Shown here: positions 25,151 through 34,815 of the stretch, in pieces
Position numbering within the stretch: the first letter of the stretch is position 1
Layout of the letters: every line of letters starts with the position of its first letter
NCBI GenBank assembly: GCA_032718475.1
Contig: JAUCBJ010007034.1
Coordinates: forward strand, 1-50,830
Source: Nemertoderma westbladi
Taxonomy: Eukaryota > Animalia > Xenacoelomorpha
DNA: 50,830 bases
Direction of reading: 5' to 3'
Translations under genes and position numbers: made by a program
Notes under the pieces: generated by a model
Told to the model about the DNA's origin: nothing
The model's database searches: none
What the model saw: the letters and a program-made list of their open reading frames with translations, nothing else

Positions 25151-26735
25151 TCCAGGTCATCAGATTTCGTCCGTCCTTTTTTCCTTTTGACCTTGGCGTT
25201 GGCTTTCGCTTTAGACTTGACAACCTTGTCGAGTTTTATCTCGGCACCCTCTGGTATGGTGTTGGTTGTCGCGTCGAATAACGGTGGCCATTCGTCTGAT
25301 GGTCGCTGTAGGAAATCGGGTCCTCTAAACCAAAAGGATTTATTGTCCGGTTTACAAAAGTCAAGTGGTTGCATCCCCCGTGACGCGATGTCAGCTGGGT
25401 TCAGCTTCCCTGGACAGTGACGCCAATCTTGTTTGAGCGACCGGTCTAATATTTCAGCCCGTCTGTTGGCTACGAAAGTCTTGAACTCGAATGTTTCGTT
25501 GTTTATGTACCAAAGTACCAACGTCGCATCCGTCCAATATGTGACCTTCAAGTTAGCCTCCAGCTCGCGTTGAACTAGACTGACAATATCGGTGGATATC
25601 GTCCCGGCTTGCAGCTCCCCACGAGGTACAGTCATATACTTCAATGGCATTGTTCTAGCCCTTGAAGTAACGAGAGACACATCGTAGCTGTCCGATGTCA
25701 CTTGTCGTCTAAGGTATAAGGTAACCCCCAATCCATCCTTGCTAGCGTCACTAAAGCTGTGAAGCTCTAAATCGGCAGGAAAGGTGGTTTGCAAAGGAAA
25801 GTATACCCTCGGTATGGTATAGTCTTGTAGGAACGTCAGTTGGGCTTCCCAGTCCCTCCATCGCTCAGCTAACTTTTCTGGGATGGGATCGTCCCATTCC
25901 AGTCCGGCTTGCCAAATGCTGCGGAGTATGATCCTGGCATGTAGGATCACTGGACTAATGAAACACAATGGGTCATACAATCGACTCATGGTCGATAAGC
26001 AAGTCCTCTTAGTGAGAGGTCTAGTCTGGTCGTTGGACCTTACACGTACCCTAAAATTGTCGGTGTTAGGGTCCCAACTAAGTCCTAATACTTTGGTCGT
26101 CGGCAGAGGTTCTAAGTCTAAGTCCAAGTCACCTCCGCTACGATCCATCGGGTCAAATGAGTTCACCAGTTCGGGTTCGTTGGAAGCGAACTTCGTCAGG
26201 TGAAATCCGCCCTCAGCGAGACAATCCTGGAGTTGGTGTGCTACGGTTGTAGCGCGCTCCAAGGTGTCACAACTCTTGAGGCCGTCATCCACGTAGAAAT
26301 CTCGTTCCACGGTCCGAACTACTTCTGGGTCAAATTGGTCTCGTCTGTCCAATGCTGTCTGCTTCAATGCGTACATGGTGCAGTTGGGGCTGTCCCTGGC
26401 TCCAAATACTCTTACCTGCATTTGGTAAGTTTCTGGCAGAAGTTGTAAGTTTCCGTCCGGATACCAAAGAAACCTCAAACTGTCCCTGTCCCGCTCCAAA
26501 GCCTTAACCTGGTGAAACATGGCCTCTACGTCACAGGTGAAAGCCACTTTGCGTTGTCTAAAACGCATTAGGACTCCCATGAGGTAATTATTCATATTCG
26601 GCCCGTCCATCAGTTCGCTGTTCATAGACATCCCTTGGTAAAGCGCAGCGCAGTCATTGACTACACGCACCTTGCCAGGTTTGTCCGGGTGTCGAACAAA
26701 ATGATGTGGCAGGTAATATGTCTGGTCTGTGGTTA
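24916..26735 (-). CDS. Inner pol segment: reverse transcriptase and BEL-type RNase H
   Basis: YYLPHH and PGKVRVVNDC upstream of the listed start, DVEAMFHQV, FYVDD, HSFSDAS, YWTDAT, WRHCPGKLNPADIASRG. Confidence 0.95.
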
Positions 26736-27752
26736 CCTGGCGTATCCCTTTTGGAGATACGTCTGAAGTTGTGCATTGTATTGCATATGGGCCGTCTCGT
26801 CTCGCAACAATCGCTGCCTTATTGATTTGAGTCGCCTCAAAGCAAGCGGGTAATTGTTAACGAGCTTAGGTTGTCCATTGCGCCACAACATACCAACCTC
26901 ATAGTGGCCATTCGCGGTCTGGCGAATGGTATCTCTCATAATATTTAATGACCGTTTTTCCTGTTCTGACATAGCGGTTTCGTAACTACCGGGTTCTGCT
27001 GAGTCCTGTTCCAACCATTGTATGGTCCGTTCAGTCAGCAGTCGGTCAAGCGCTGCTTGCACTGCTCCATGGTCCTCGTCCACGTCTTCGTCCGCTGCGG
27101 TGGCTAGTGTCAATGTGTCTGGTAGGCTCGCAAGCCTTCCGGTGTCACTAGTCGGCGTCGAATTGTCGTGCGGCGGTTTGACAACCTCTTGATCTATCGG
27201 TAGGCTCGCAAGCCTTCCAAGATCAACGACCGGTGTCGAAGCCTGGTGGGTGGGGTCAATGACCTTCGGATTTTTCGGTAGGCTCGCAAGCCTTCCAAAA
27301 TCCTCGTTCATCGAGTCATCCATGGCAACAACCCTTTGGCCTTCAGTAGTCAATACAACCTGGTCTACTGCAAGTAGTTGTAAGTCAGAGGTCCGTATGG
27401 TCGTGTCCAGATCGGTTGCGTCAGTATCGGTGGCGTCTGCATTAGTGACGCAAGTCTGTCGTAGTGCCGTCCGTACAATTGGACCACGAGAGTGTGAAGG
27501 AGAATTATCTATCGTGTTAGTCAATAAACTACACGTACTCAAAACGTCGTCCTCCTGGTCACTTACCTCTAGTGAACGTATTGGTGCTCTAGTATACCAA
27601 CCTATGGGAGTTCTACATGCGTAGGGGTTGCCCGCTGTAATAACAGATGGGCGTGTCTCCCATACCTGATGTAAGTTAAACTGGTCTGTCCCAATTAACA
27701 TCGCAATGGAACGATAATTAACAGGACATTCCGGTATTCCAAGGTGTCGGAA
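26733..27752 (-). CDS. Inner pol segment: protease C-terminus and PR-RT linker
   Basis: In frame with gag after the TAA at 27753-27755 (FRHLGIP..MLIGTD, TPIGW, GHYEVGMLW); ends in a frameshift at GYAR; contains three 78-bp repeats. Confidence 0.88.
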   Translation of the reverse strand, partial: FRHLGIPECPVNYRSIAMLIGTDQFNLHQVWETRPSVITAGNPYACRTPIGWYTRAPIRSLEVSDQEDDVLSTCSLLTNTIDNSPSHSRGPIVRTALRQTCVTNADATDTDATDLDTTIRTSDLQLLAVDQVVLTTEGQRVVAMDDSMNEDFGRLASLPKNPKVIDPTHQASTPVVDLGRLASLPIDQEVVKPPHDNSTPTSDTGRLASLPDTLTLATAADEDVDEDHGAVQAALDRLLTERTIQWLEQDSAEPGSYETAMSEQEKRSLNIMRDTIRQTANGHYEVGMLWRNGQPKLVNNYPLALRRLKSIRQRLLRDETAHMQYNAQLQTYLQKGYAR

Positions 27753-30700
27753 TTACTTACGATCTTCCGGTGATTGCTCTGGCACAGGGCCGAGCAAGTT
27801 ACTAAAGTCCTTCGTAGCTGCAAAGGTCAAATTTCTTACCGGAAGTAATGAGCGCTCCTCCTTGCTGTGTTCCGCTTTGGAAAGAAGAGTGTCTAAGGTT
27901 AGTTTTACTCTTGTCACGGGGATCGCTCTCTTACCATGCATGCTGCTTACAGTATACTGAGCAGTCTTACCTTGACTCATGTCCGTAACTACGTCGGCTA
28001 CTTGTTCGTCGACATAACTATGCGATGACGCAGAGTCTAAGATGGCGTATATACGCTTGCTCCCTCGGGTTCCGGTAATCTTTATAGGAATCACGCTAAA
28101 CCCTTTCAATTGGTTCTGTGTGAGGAGCGTTATCGATGGCTGTTCCTCACCTGCATGCACGTAGAAAGTGTCGTCTTCCTCCTCGTCCTCGTCCGATGAT
28201 CCTGACTGATCCATACAGTCGGTATAAAAGGTACGGATCTCGCGCGGCGCACGCTCCTTATAAAGCGCGTCGCATCTAGCCGCTTTATCTGGATGCTCTC
28301 GTCGAAATTGTCTGGTCGGAGTATGACTGGTTGTGTGAAGCAACGCGTCATGGTTACGTCCACACAGAGAACATGTATCGTCGCTCGGGCAATCCTTCCG
28401 GACGTGTCCTGGCTTCATACATCTCCAACAGGAATCTAGAGATCGGATTTGGAGTCTCCTCTCCTCGATCCCTAACTCTTTAAAAGCGCGACATCCACGT
28501 AGTTTATGTCCGCTTTGGTTTCTGCCGTTCCGCTCGCAGTATGAGCATCCCACAAAGTCCGCCGGCAACTGTTGTCGTGGCTGCGTGGTGCCGATAGGCG
28601 TCAGAACTTTAGAAGTCTCAGTAGGGGTGGCGTAAGTAACGGCTTTCGCGTTCGTCGGAAATGGTTTAGTCCGATTCGGCGCAGAAACAGCTATCCCTTC
28701 CGCCGCGATATGGTGATCGGTATAGTTCGATCTAGTCTCGATCATGGCCTCCCGTGAAATAAGTTGATAGACATCGGTGAGTTTTAATAACCCTCCGGCC
28801 TCTTCGCGCTGGTACTCGATGCGTCGCCATTCTCTTCGTAGTCGATGGTGAAGTCGACCGATTATTCGAATGAGAACCGTCGGTGCGTTAGCGTACTCGA
28901 GTTGTCCAATGGACCGTAAAGTCCCTATAGCGTTCTTTATTTCGTCCGCGAGTCGTAAAAGGTCGATCGGTCTCGAAATGTTGCCTCCTCTGCAGAGGTC
29001 TTCAATAATGGATTTAGCCATGGCGACATTACCGCCGTAAATCGAATACAAACGCTCGTACGCCAACTCAAAGGCATCGGGAACACCAATAAAGGTTTCC
29101 GCTAATCGTTTCGGCTCACCAGACAGAACTTGGAGCAAGTAATTAAACTTCTCCGTCGAGGTGAAAGCACACTTAGCGATCTGGGACTCTACGTAGTCTA
29201 CCAGTGTGCGCCAATGTTTCGCGTTGCCAGAGAACTTCGGCGGTTGCTGTGCCGGTAATCCGTGTCTAGCCGCGAATTTCGCAATCTCGCTAACTAAGTC
29301 CAACTGTCCGCGTCCCTGTTCGGCGGCGTCGTCCAGTCGCTCCCTTCCGCGCGTTGTTCGTTGGTAGGAATTATTAACGGGATCTTCATCTCGATGTGTC
29401 GGAGTCCGTCTAGTCTCCTGTTCTCTCCTCGGTGGTCGATGTTGTCTAGGTTGTTCCAACTCCACGCTGGTTCGTGATCGATCCGACGGTTGCGCTTCGA
29501 GTCGCTCTTCGAGTTGAGCTAGTCGGTCCGTTACAGGTCGCATTATTTCGGCGAGTCTGTTGGTGCTGATCGCTTCCGCTGGTTGCAACGTGGGTTTCTG
29601 TTGGGGTGTTTCTCGTGGAGGATTATCGATATAGGGGTTCGTCGATCGTTCCTCCCGTTTGTAATCCGCTGCCGCTGCCGCTCCAGTACGGAATATTTCC
29701 CGTTCCGTCGACTCCGGGTCACTGGATGAATCGCTGTCGTCCGGATAAGGTGGTTGGCGGGTTCGCGTCCGGCGTATTATTCTTGGTCGAGTTCGTCGTG
29801 GTCTGGGATCTACGGCTCCTCGTTGTTCGGTAGGCTCGCAAGCCTTCCACGAAGTCGTAGGTCTCGTTAAACATTGGGTGAGAGGTCTAGTAAAAACATC
29901 TGAGTTAAGTTCTACTGTAGGTTTATAAATGACTGGGTTCGCGCAGCACGTCACAGGTTTAACTTGCAATGGTTTACTCACCTGTTTTACTGTCATAAAC
30001 GCAGGTTCGTCTCTCTCCACAAGTAAACTACGACTTACTGTAGGTGGACTAGTTATGTTACCTGCTAAAATTGGCGATGAAGTCGCCCTAGGTTGCGGTA
30101 TTTCCATCACAACAAACCTGCTACCTTGCGTCTGGCGCACAGGCGTTATTTCCTTAGGTTTCGTAACAAAGACCGGTTTTATCGGAGTCGTGGGTTTGAG
30201 CATTGGAATAACTTGGGGAAAACGTTTACAGTAATCCTCGACGAACTCCTCTCCTCGATCTATCGCTCCCACACTTCCTTCCTCGATTCGCTTCTGGATT
30301 CCGCGATATCGAGTCTCCATGCGATCCAGGGCAGACAAGTCGTGTCCAGTTCGAGACCTTATAGATCTATCTCTCGCGTCGAGTTCGAGGTCCGCTTGCG
30401 CGTTCGCTGCCTCGCGCGATCTACGATTCAGTTCGAACTGGAGCTGCATCTCTCTTTCGCGTCGATCTGCTTCCTGTTGTTGTGCCGCTAACTCCGCTTC
30501 CTGTATCGCTAAACGAGCGTTTATTTGTCGCGCCTCCAACTTGGCACGAGCGTCGGATGCTGCTTTCTTCCGTGCTAACTCAGCTGCGTTTACCGCCGCA
30601 ACTCGTGCTAACTCGTCGGCTGCCGCCGCTGCCTGTCGTGCTAGCTCGTCAGCTGCTGCCGCCGCGGCCGCTTCTCGCGCTAAGTCCTCCTCCAGTCTCC

Positions 30701-31694
30701 GCATCTCTGATGCTTCGAACTCAGCCTGTGCTTGAAGTTTCGCAAGTTTCGCTACATCCTCTCTGCGCTGTTTTTCTCCTTCGATGGCGATCTGTGCCAT
30801 CTGTAGTTGCGCTTCTTCCTCGGCGACTTGTTGTCGGCGTGCGACCTCCTGTTGTTGTCGAATAATTACAGATGCTGTTCTACTAACGTTGCCAACGTCG
30901 CCAACGTCGCTCCGTACGCTCACGAACGATCTATCCAGTGGTGGATGTTGGTAGGCTCGCGAGCCTTCCGTAGTGAGAACTTCCGTCGTCCCTCGCGGTT
31001 CGACTTCCGGTTCGTCGATCGGTACGCCGCATCTACGAAGAAAATTGGTCAGCGTTTCCAACCTTCCGTCCAGGCAGTAGAGTTCTTCTTCCTCTTCGGG
31101 TTGTAACAACGCGTCCGAAACTGACTCACCTAGCAGTTGGTCGAACTGCTCCTGTTGAGCCAATCTTATTACCGACTTAAACTGGATAAGGCTTTCTCTC
31201 GCACTTACCAATTTATCTACTATCTTTACCTGAGTAAAGTTGTCGCCACGCAACTCTGCAAGTTCGTGCAAACCTTTAAGTTTATCTACGGAGGCATGTA
31301 CCCTACTTTCTATCCTTACCTTTAAGGTGTAGAACTCGTATCTCGACATCGGGGCGGTTAACTCGCGTAAAACGCGAAAACCTTCTCCGAGGTTCCGAGT
31401 AATCTGGGCCATGTGTCCTCCTATACTTCTAATAACGTTCTCCTGGCTTCCAGTCGAACTTACCATGTCCGGTTCCCGTGATCTAGTCTGCGGGACGGTA
31501 AGGAAATCTTCAATTCTGCCGTCGCCACGCGTTGCGGCTTCCGGTATTTCCGTTCGGGGTACCGGCGACGCAAGCGGTGTGACATCGGTGGAATCTCGGG
31601 TTCTCCTTCTCGGTTCGTCTACTGTCGATCTGTCCGGGTCGCACGAGTCATAGTCGGTAGGTGGGTATCTCGTCGAATGGGGTGTGTCACTCAT
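27753..31694 (-). CDS. Inner Gag and aspartic protease N-terminus
   Basis: Ala/Glu coiled coil, PPKFSGNAKHW (DUF1759-like), BEL triple zinc motif (CSYC..H..C, CWRCMKPGHVRKDC, CSLCGRNHDALLH), ILDSASSHSY. Confidence 0.94.
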   Translation of the reverse strand: MSDTPHSTRYPPTDYDSCDPDRSTVDEPRRRTRDSTDVTPLASPVPRTEIPEAATRGDGRIEDFLTVPQTRSREPDMVSSTGSQENVIRSIGGHMAQITRNLGEGFRVLRELTAPMSRYEFYTLKVRIESRVHASVDKLKGLHELAELRGDNFTQVKIVDKLVSARESLIQFKSVIRLAQQEQFDQLLGESVSDALLQPEEEEELYCLDGRLETLTNFLRRCGVPIDEPEVEPRGTTEVLTTEGSRAYQHPPLDRSFVSVRSDVGDVGNVSRTASVIIRQQQEVARRQQVAEEEAQLQMAQIAIEGEKQRREDVAKLAKLQAQAEFEASEMRRLEEDLAREAAAAAAADELARQAAAAADELARVAAVNAAELARKKAASDARAKLEARQINARLAIQEAELAAQQQEADRREREMQLQFELNRRSREAANAQADLELDARDRSIRSRTGHDLSALDRMETRYRGIQKRIEEGSVGAIDRGEEFVEDYCKRFPQVIPMLKPTTPIKPVFVTKPKEITPVRQTQGSRFVVMEIPQPRATSSPILAGNITSPPTVSRSLLVERDEPAFMTVKQVSKPLQVKPVTCCANPVIYKPTVELNSDVFTRPLTQCLTRPTTSWKACEPTEQRGAVDPRPRRTRPRIIRRTRTRQPPYPDDSDSSSDPESTEREIFRTGAAAAADYKREERSTNPYIDNPPRETPQQKPTLQPAEAISTNRLAEIMRPVTDRLAQLEERLEAQPSDRSRTSVELEQPRQHRPPRREQETRRTPTHRDEDPVNNSYQRTTRGRERLDDAAEQGRGQLDLVSEIAKFAARHGLPAQQPPKFSGNAKHWRTLVDYVESQIAKCAFTSTEKFNYLLQVLSGEPKRLAETFIGVPDAFELAYERLYSIYGGNVAMAKSIIEDLCRGGNISRPIDLLRLADEIKNAIGTLRSIGQLEYANAPTVLIRIIGRLHHRLRREWRRIEYQREEAGGLLKLTDVYQLISREAMIETRSNYTDHHIAAEGIAVSAPNRTKPFPTNAKAVTYATPTETSKVLTPIGTTQPRQQLPADFVGCSYCERNGRNQSGHKLRGCRAFKELGIEERRLQIRSLDSCWRCMKPGHVRKDCPSDDTCSLCGRNHDALLHTTSHTPTRQFRREHPDKAARCDALYKERAPREIRTFYTDCMDQSGSSDEDEEEDDTFYVHAGEEQPSITLLTQNQLKGFSVIPIKITGTRGSKRIYAILDSASSHSYVDEQVADVVTDMSQGKTAQYTVSSMHGKRAIPVTRVKLTLDTLLSKAEHSKEERSLLPVRNLTFAATKDFSNLLGPVPEQSPEDRK

Positions 31695-32685
31695 GTCTTA
31701 TTATATACGTCAAGTACGGATAATAAAATGTCAAAGTGTCTGAATGTTGAAGTGTCAAACTTACCTAACCGGTACAAATAAATCAACAAGTCAGAATGTC
31801 GAAATGTCAAAATGTCGAAATGTACAAATGTCAAACTTACCTTGATATATATATATATCATATATATACCCTAACCGGTACAAATAAACTAACAAGGTAT
31901 ATAATAAAATAAGTAGTAATCTAGCCTACCGGCTAAATTTGTACGAATAAGTGAGATAACGGTATACGTTAACAAAATGTAGATCAACAAGTATAAACAA
32001 TAGGCCTAACAGCAACGTCTAACGGGAAAATAAGTACCAACAACACTACTAATAGACAGTGAAACCCACAAATTTTGAGTACTACTGTGCTTTCTTAAGT
32101 TTGAACGACGCGAGTCGTAAAACTTACGTTCCTTTGATCTTCCAGTCGTACAAATTCCCAAATACAAACCGGACGTGGGTCTTTCCGTTTTTCGGCGGCG
32201 CGGACGAATTTATTGTCTCCCAAACTTTGCGAAAAGCGGTCTAATCCTCGAAGCGGTCCAGAAATGAGTCCTTGAGTCCTGAAAAGGTCGAAGGTGAGAG
32301 TTTTACTTCTACGCTTACGAAAATCTTCCTAGGTACCGATACAAATTGGTCTTTAAACCCTATGTACCTTTTCAAGTACCGAAAAGTAACACCGCACACA
32401 CACGGCGTAAAACAAAGTGCTACAAACTAACTGTTAGCTAGTCAAAGATTAAATACGAAAGTACTAGCTACCCTAAAAGCCTACTGAAGCAGGGGACGTT
32501 CTAAATTACTAAATTTACTAACCTTAGTTTTTAAATATCTCCTACTTACAATAGCTAACAAATATTTATCTATATCTCACTTTAAATGCGCACGCACTTT
32601 CGGTCGAGATATTTAATAAATACTTCCTACTTCCAATAGCTAGCAGATCTAAACTATACTACAGTACTATACACTAATTTATATA

Positions 32686-32696
32686 GTACTTCCTAC
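32686..32696 (-). promoter_or_regulatory. Non-tRNA primer-binding position of inner element (GTAGGAAGTAC)
   Basis: Abuts the 5' LTR, lacks TGG, and is the exact complement of transcript-strand GTACTTCCTAC at 33956-33966. Confidence 0.62.
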
Positions 32697-34453
32697 TGTA
32701 AGGGTCCAGTAGTATACCGCTTACCAGATCCTAGTAACGATGTATCTTACTATGAGACTCTAGTAATGTATACGGGCTTGTACAGTATCTGACAACAAAT
32801 CCCAGTCCAGGATATCTAAACAAACAGATACAATACACAAACGACTACTGGCGAGGAACAGAGCCTTGTATCTATTCTATGTACGTGAGCGGGTCTAATG
32901 CCTACGTACTAGACAGAAGGATACCTGTCCTCTAACCGGTGAGGCAGATGTACAGTTACAGTAACAGACCAAACTCACGGGAAAACAATCCCCGCGCAGC
33001 GAATCCTAACTATCACTGACAGTCCTAAATACAGTAACTTGCCGCGGTGTGATTTATATGGTTTATATACGAGCTAGGTGGTTAACAGACCTAGTGTAAC
33101 AACACTGACAGTCCTAAATCAGTCGAAAAGGGGTCGTGCCTAAATGTAACAATAACTGATCCCCCTGTACGAAATCAGTCTAAAGGGTCAGGCCTAAATG
33201 TAACAATAACTGCTGGATAGAAATCAACAGTTTAATAACGAAAGTGAAATACTCCTTTCGCCACAACTAAATCAGATCCTAATTTTACAAATACAGATAA
33301 TTTCCACCTAAAGTAATGTATAGTGCGCTATAGCTAGTAGAACTTTAAGGGCAATATGTTTTAGGGCGTGTGTGTGTGGGTGTGTTACAAATAAAACAAT
33401 TTCGTGTAATTCCTTTTACTAGGTTTTAGTGATTTTCTGACTAAATGATACCGTGCGCTAGCTACTAAAATAAACTAGTCGCGTTTGTAGAACTTTATAC
33501 TCACGAATGATGTCAAAGCTCTCTCCTTCCTATCCACAACCCAATGGGCAACCACAGTGTTAGTAACTACACCCGTGATCGGCACTAATACCAGATTCTG
33601 GTTGTAAGATAAGAATAGGGGTTAATCGCTACCGTACGTTAGCTGATCTGGTATACTAATTTAATTCTAGAACTTTGTTGCTGCGGTAGTTAGCAGCAAT
33701 ACCTATCAGTACGTGGCAAGGTGCGGTAGGATATTAATAAAACCTCCCTAGGCCAAGCAGTGTGCCGGTAGCAGAAATGCTCCTTGCCTGATCAAATAGC
33801 TAACTCCAGACAGGGGGGGGGGGGGGTACTAATGTACGTTCTACAAAGCGAACCGGTACCAAACAGTCAGTGCTATGAATCACTAAATTATGGAACATAT
33901 GCTGTCCGTACCTAATATGTACTCGCGTACTGACGAATGGCAATAGTTCGCACCTGTAGGAAGTACAGGTTAACCCAGGGATTCGTAGGACTTGACAAGG
34001 GGGGGTGTCTGGATATAATTATTTGATCCTAAATTTGCGGCGTCCAGTACGGTGTCACGCTTACCCTGATCTATAGGTCTTACGGCGGGCAAGGGCGTCG
34101 AACAAAGTCTTACCTTCTCACAAAGCGGGCGCTGCATAGCAAGTGGAGTATTTCGAAGGGCAAAGGGGGTGCGCGGTCAATCCAATGTGGGCGCTAGCGT
34201 GTTGTGGACATCCCTTCCCTGCGTTGCTTACGGCCTAACGGTCTAGGCTGCCATCTCCCTGATGTTTGGCTGTCCCGAAGTTGGACCAAAAGAAAACATG
34301 TCAGGAATTTGCAGTATATTTACAGTTTTACAAAAGGATTTATCAAATAAAGTTTCAACAAGAAACCGAAATAAACTAATAACAATTTAGGAATTTGCAA
34401 GAGTAAGTGATAACGTAACGTGATATTAGGTGATAACCGAAGGCAAACCGGCC

Positions 34454-34705
34454 TTTTTATACTAGAAATTGCACATGGAAACTAAACAGAATTTTCCACA
34501 GCTTCACAATTGAGCAATGAAGTGCTTCGTGCCCTATGATTGGCCCAGCTCATCGTTCAACGCAGTCCGGCCCTTACACTAATCTGGGACATGGAATCCT
34601 AACAGAATTTTCCACTGCCTCACATTTGAGCAATAAGATAATTTATGCCCTATGATTGGCCTGGCTCATCATTCGCTACGCTGTACGCTTCTCATTGGCC
34701 TACCA
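34454..34705 (-). promoter_or_regulatory. Putative Pol II promoter in inner U3
   Basis: TATAAAAA at 34461-34454; three GGCCAAT boxes upstream; two ~116-bp direct repeats containing TTGAGCAAT and TTTTCCA. Confidence 0.6.
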
Positions 34706-34747
34706 ATTAGCACCACACGAAAATAAATGGCCCCAAAATACAAATTT

Positions 34748-34815
34748 CCCGACTGGGATTCGAACTCGTAACCTATGTAATGTAACCAACGCCTTAACCA
34801 TCTGACCACTACGCC
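34748..34815 (-). other. tRNA-like A/B-box cassette in inner 5' LTR
   Basis: Copy of 20911-20978. Confidence 0.6.

Noticed and set aside
27121-27296. CRISPR-like array (20-nt palindromic repeat at 78-bp period)
   Set aside because: Spacers are homologous to each other and in-frame coding, the context is a eukaryotic retroelement, and no cas genes are present
23233-31653. Numerous plus-strand ORFs antisense to inner gag-pol, and similar shadow ORFs over the outer and Gypsy ORFs
   Set aside because: They are shadow frames of long GC-balanced or repetitive coding sequence with no motifs
33925-33970. Hammerhead or HDV-like ribozyme near the putative primer (CTGACGA present)
   Set aside because: CTGACGA is on the antisense strand and no GAAA core or nested stems could be built by eye; an Infernal search would settle it
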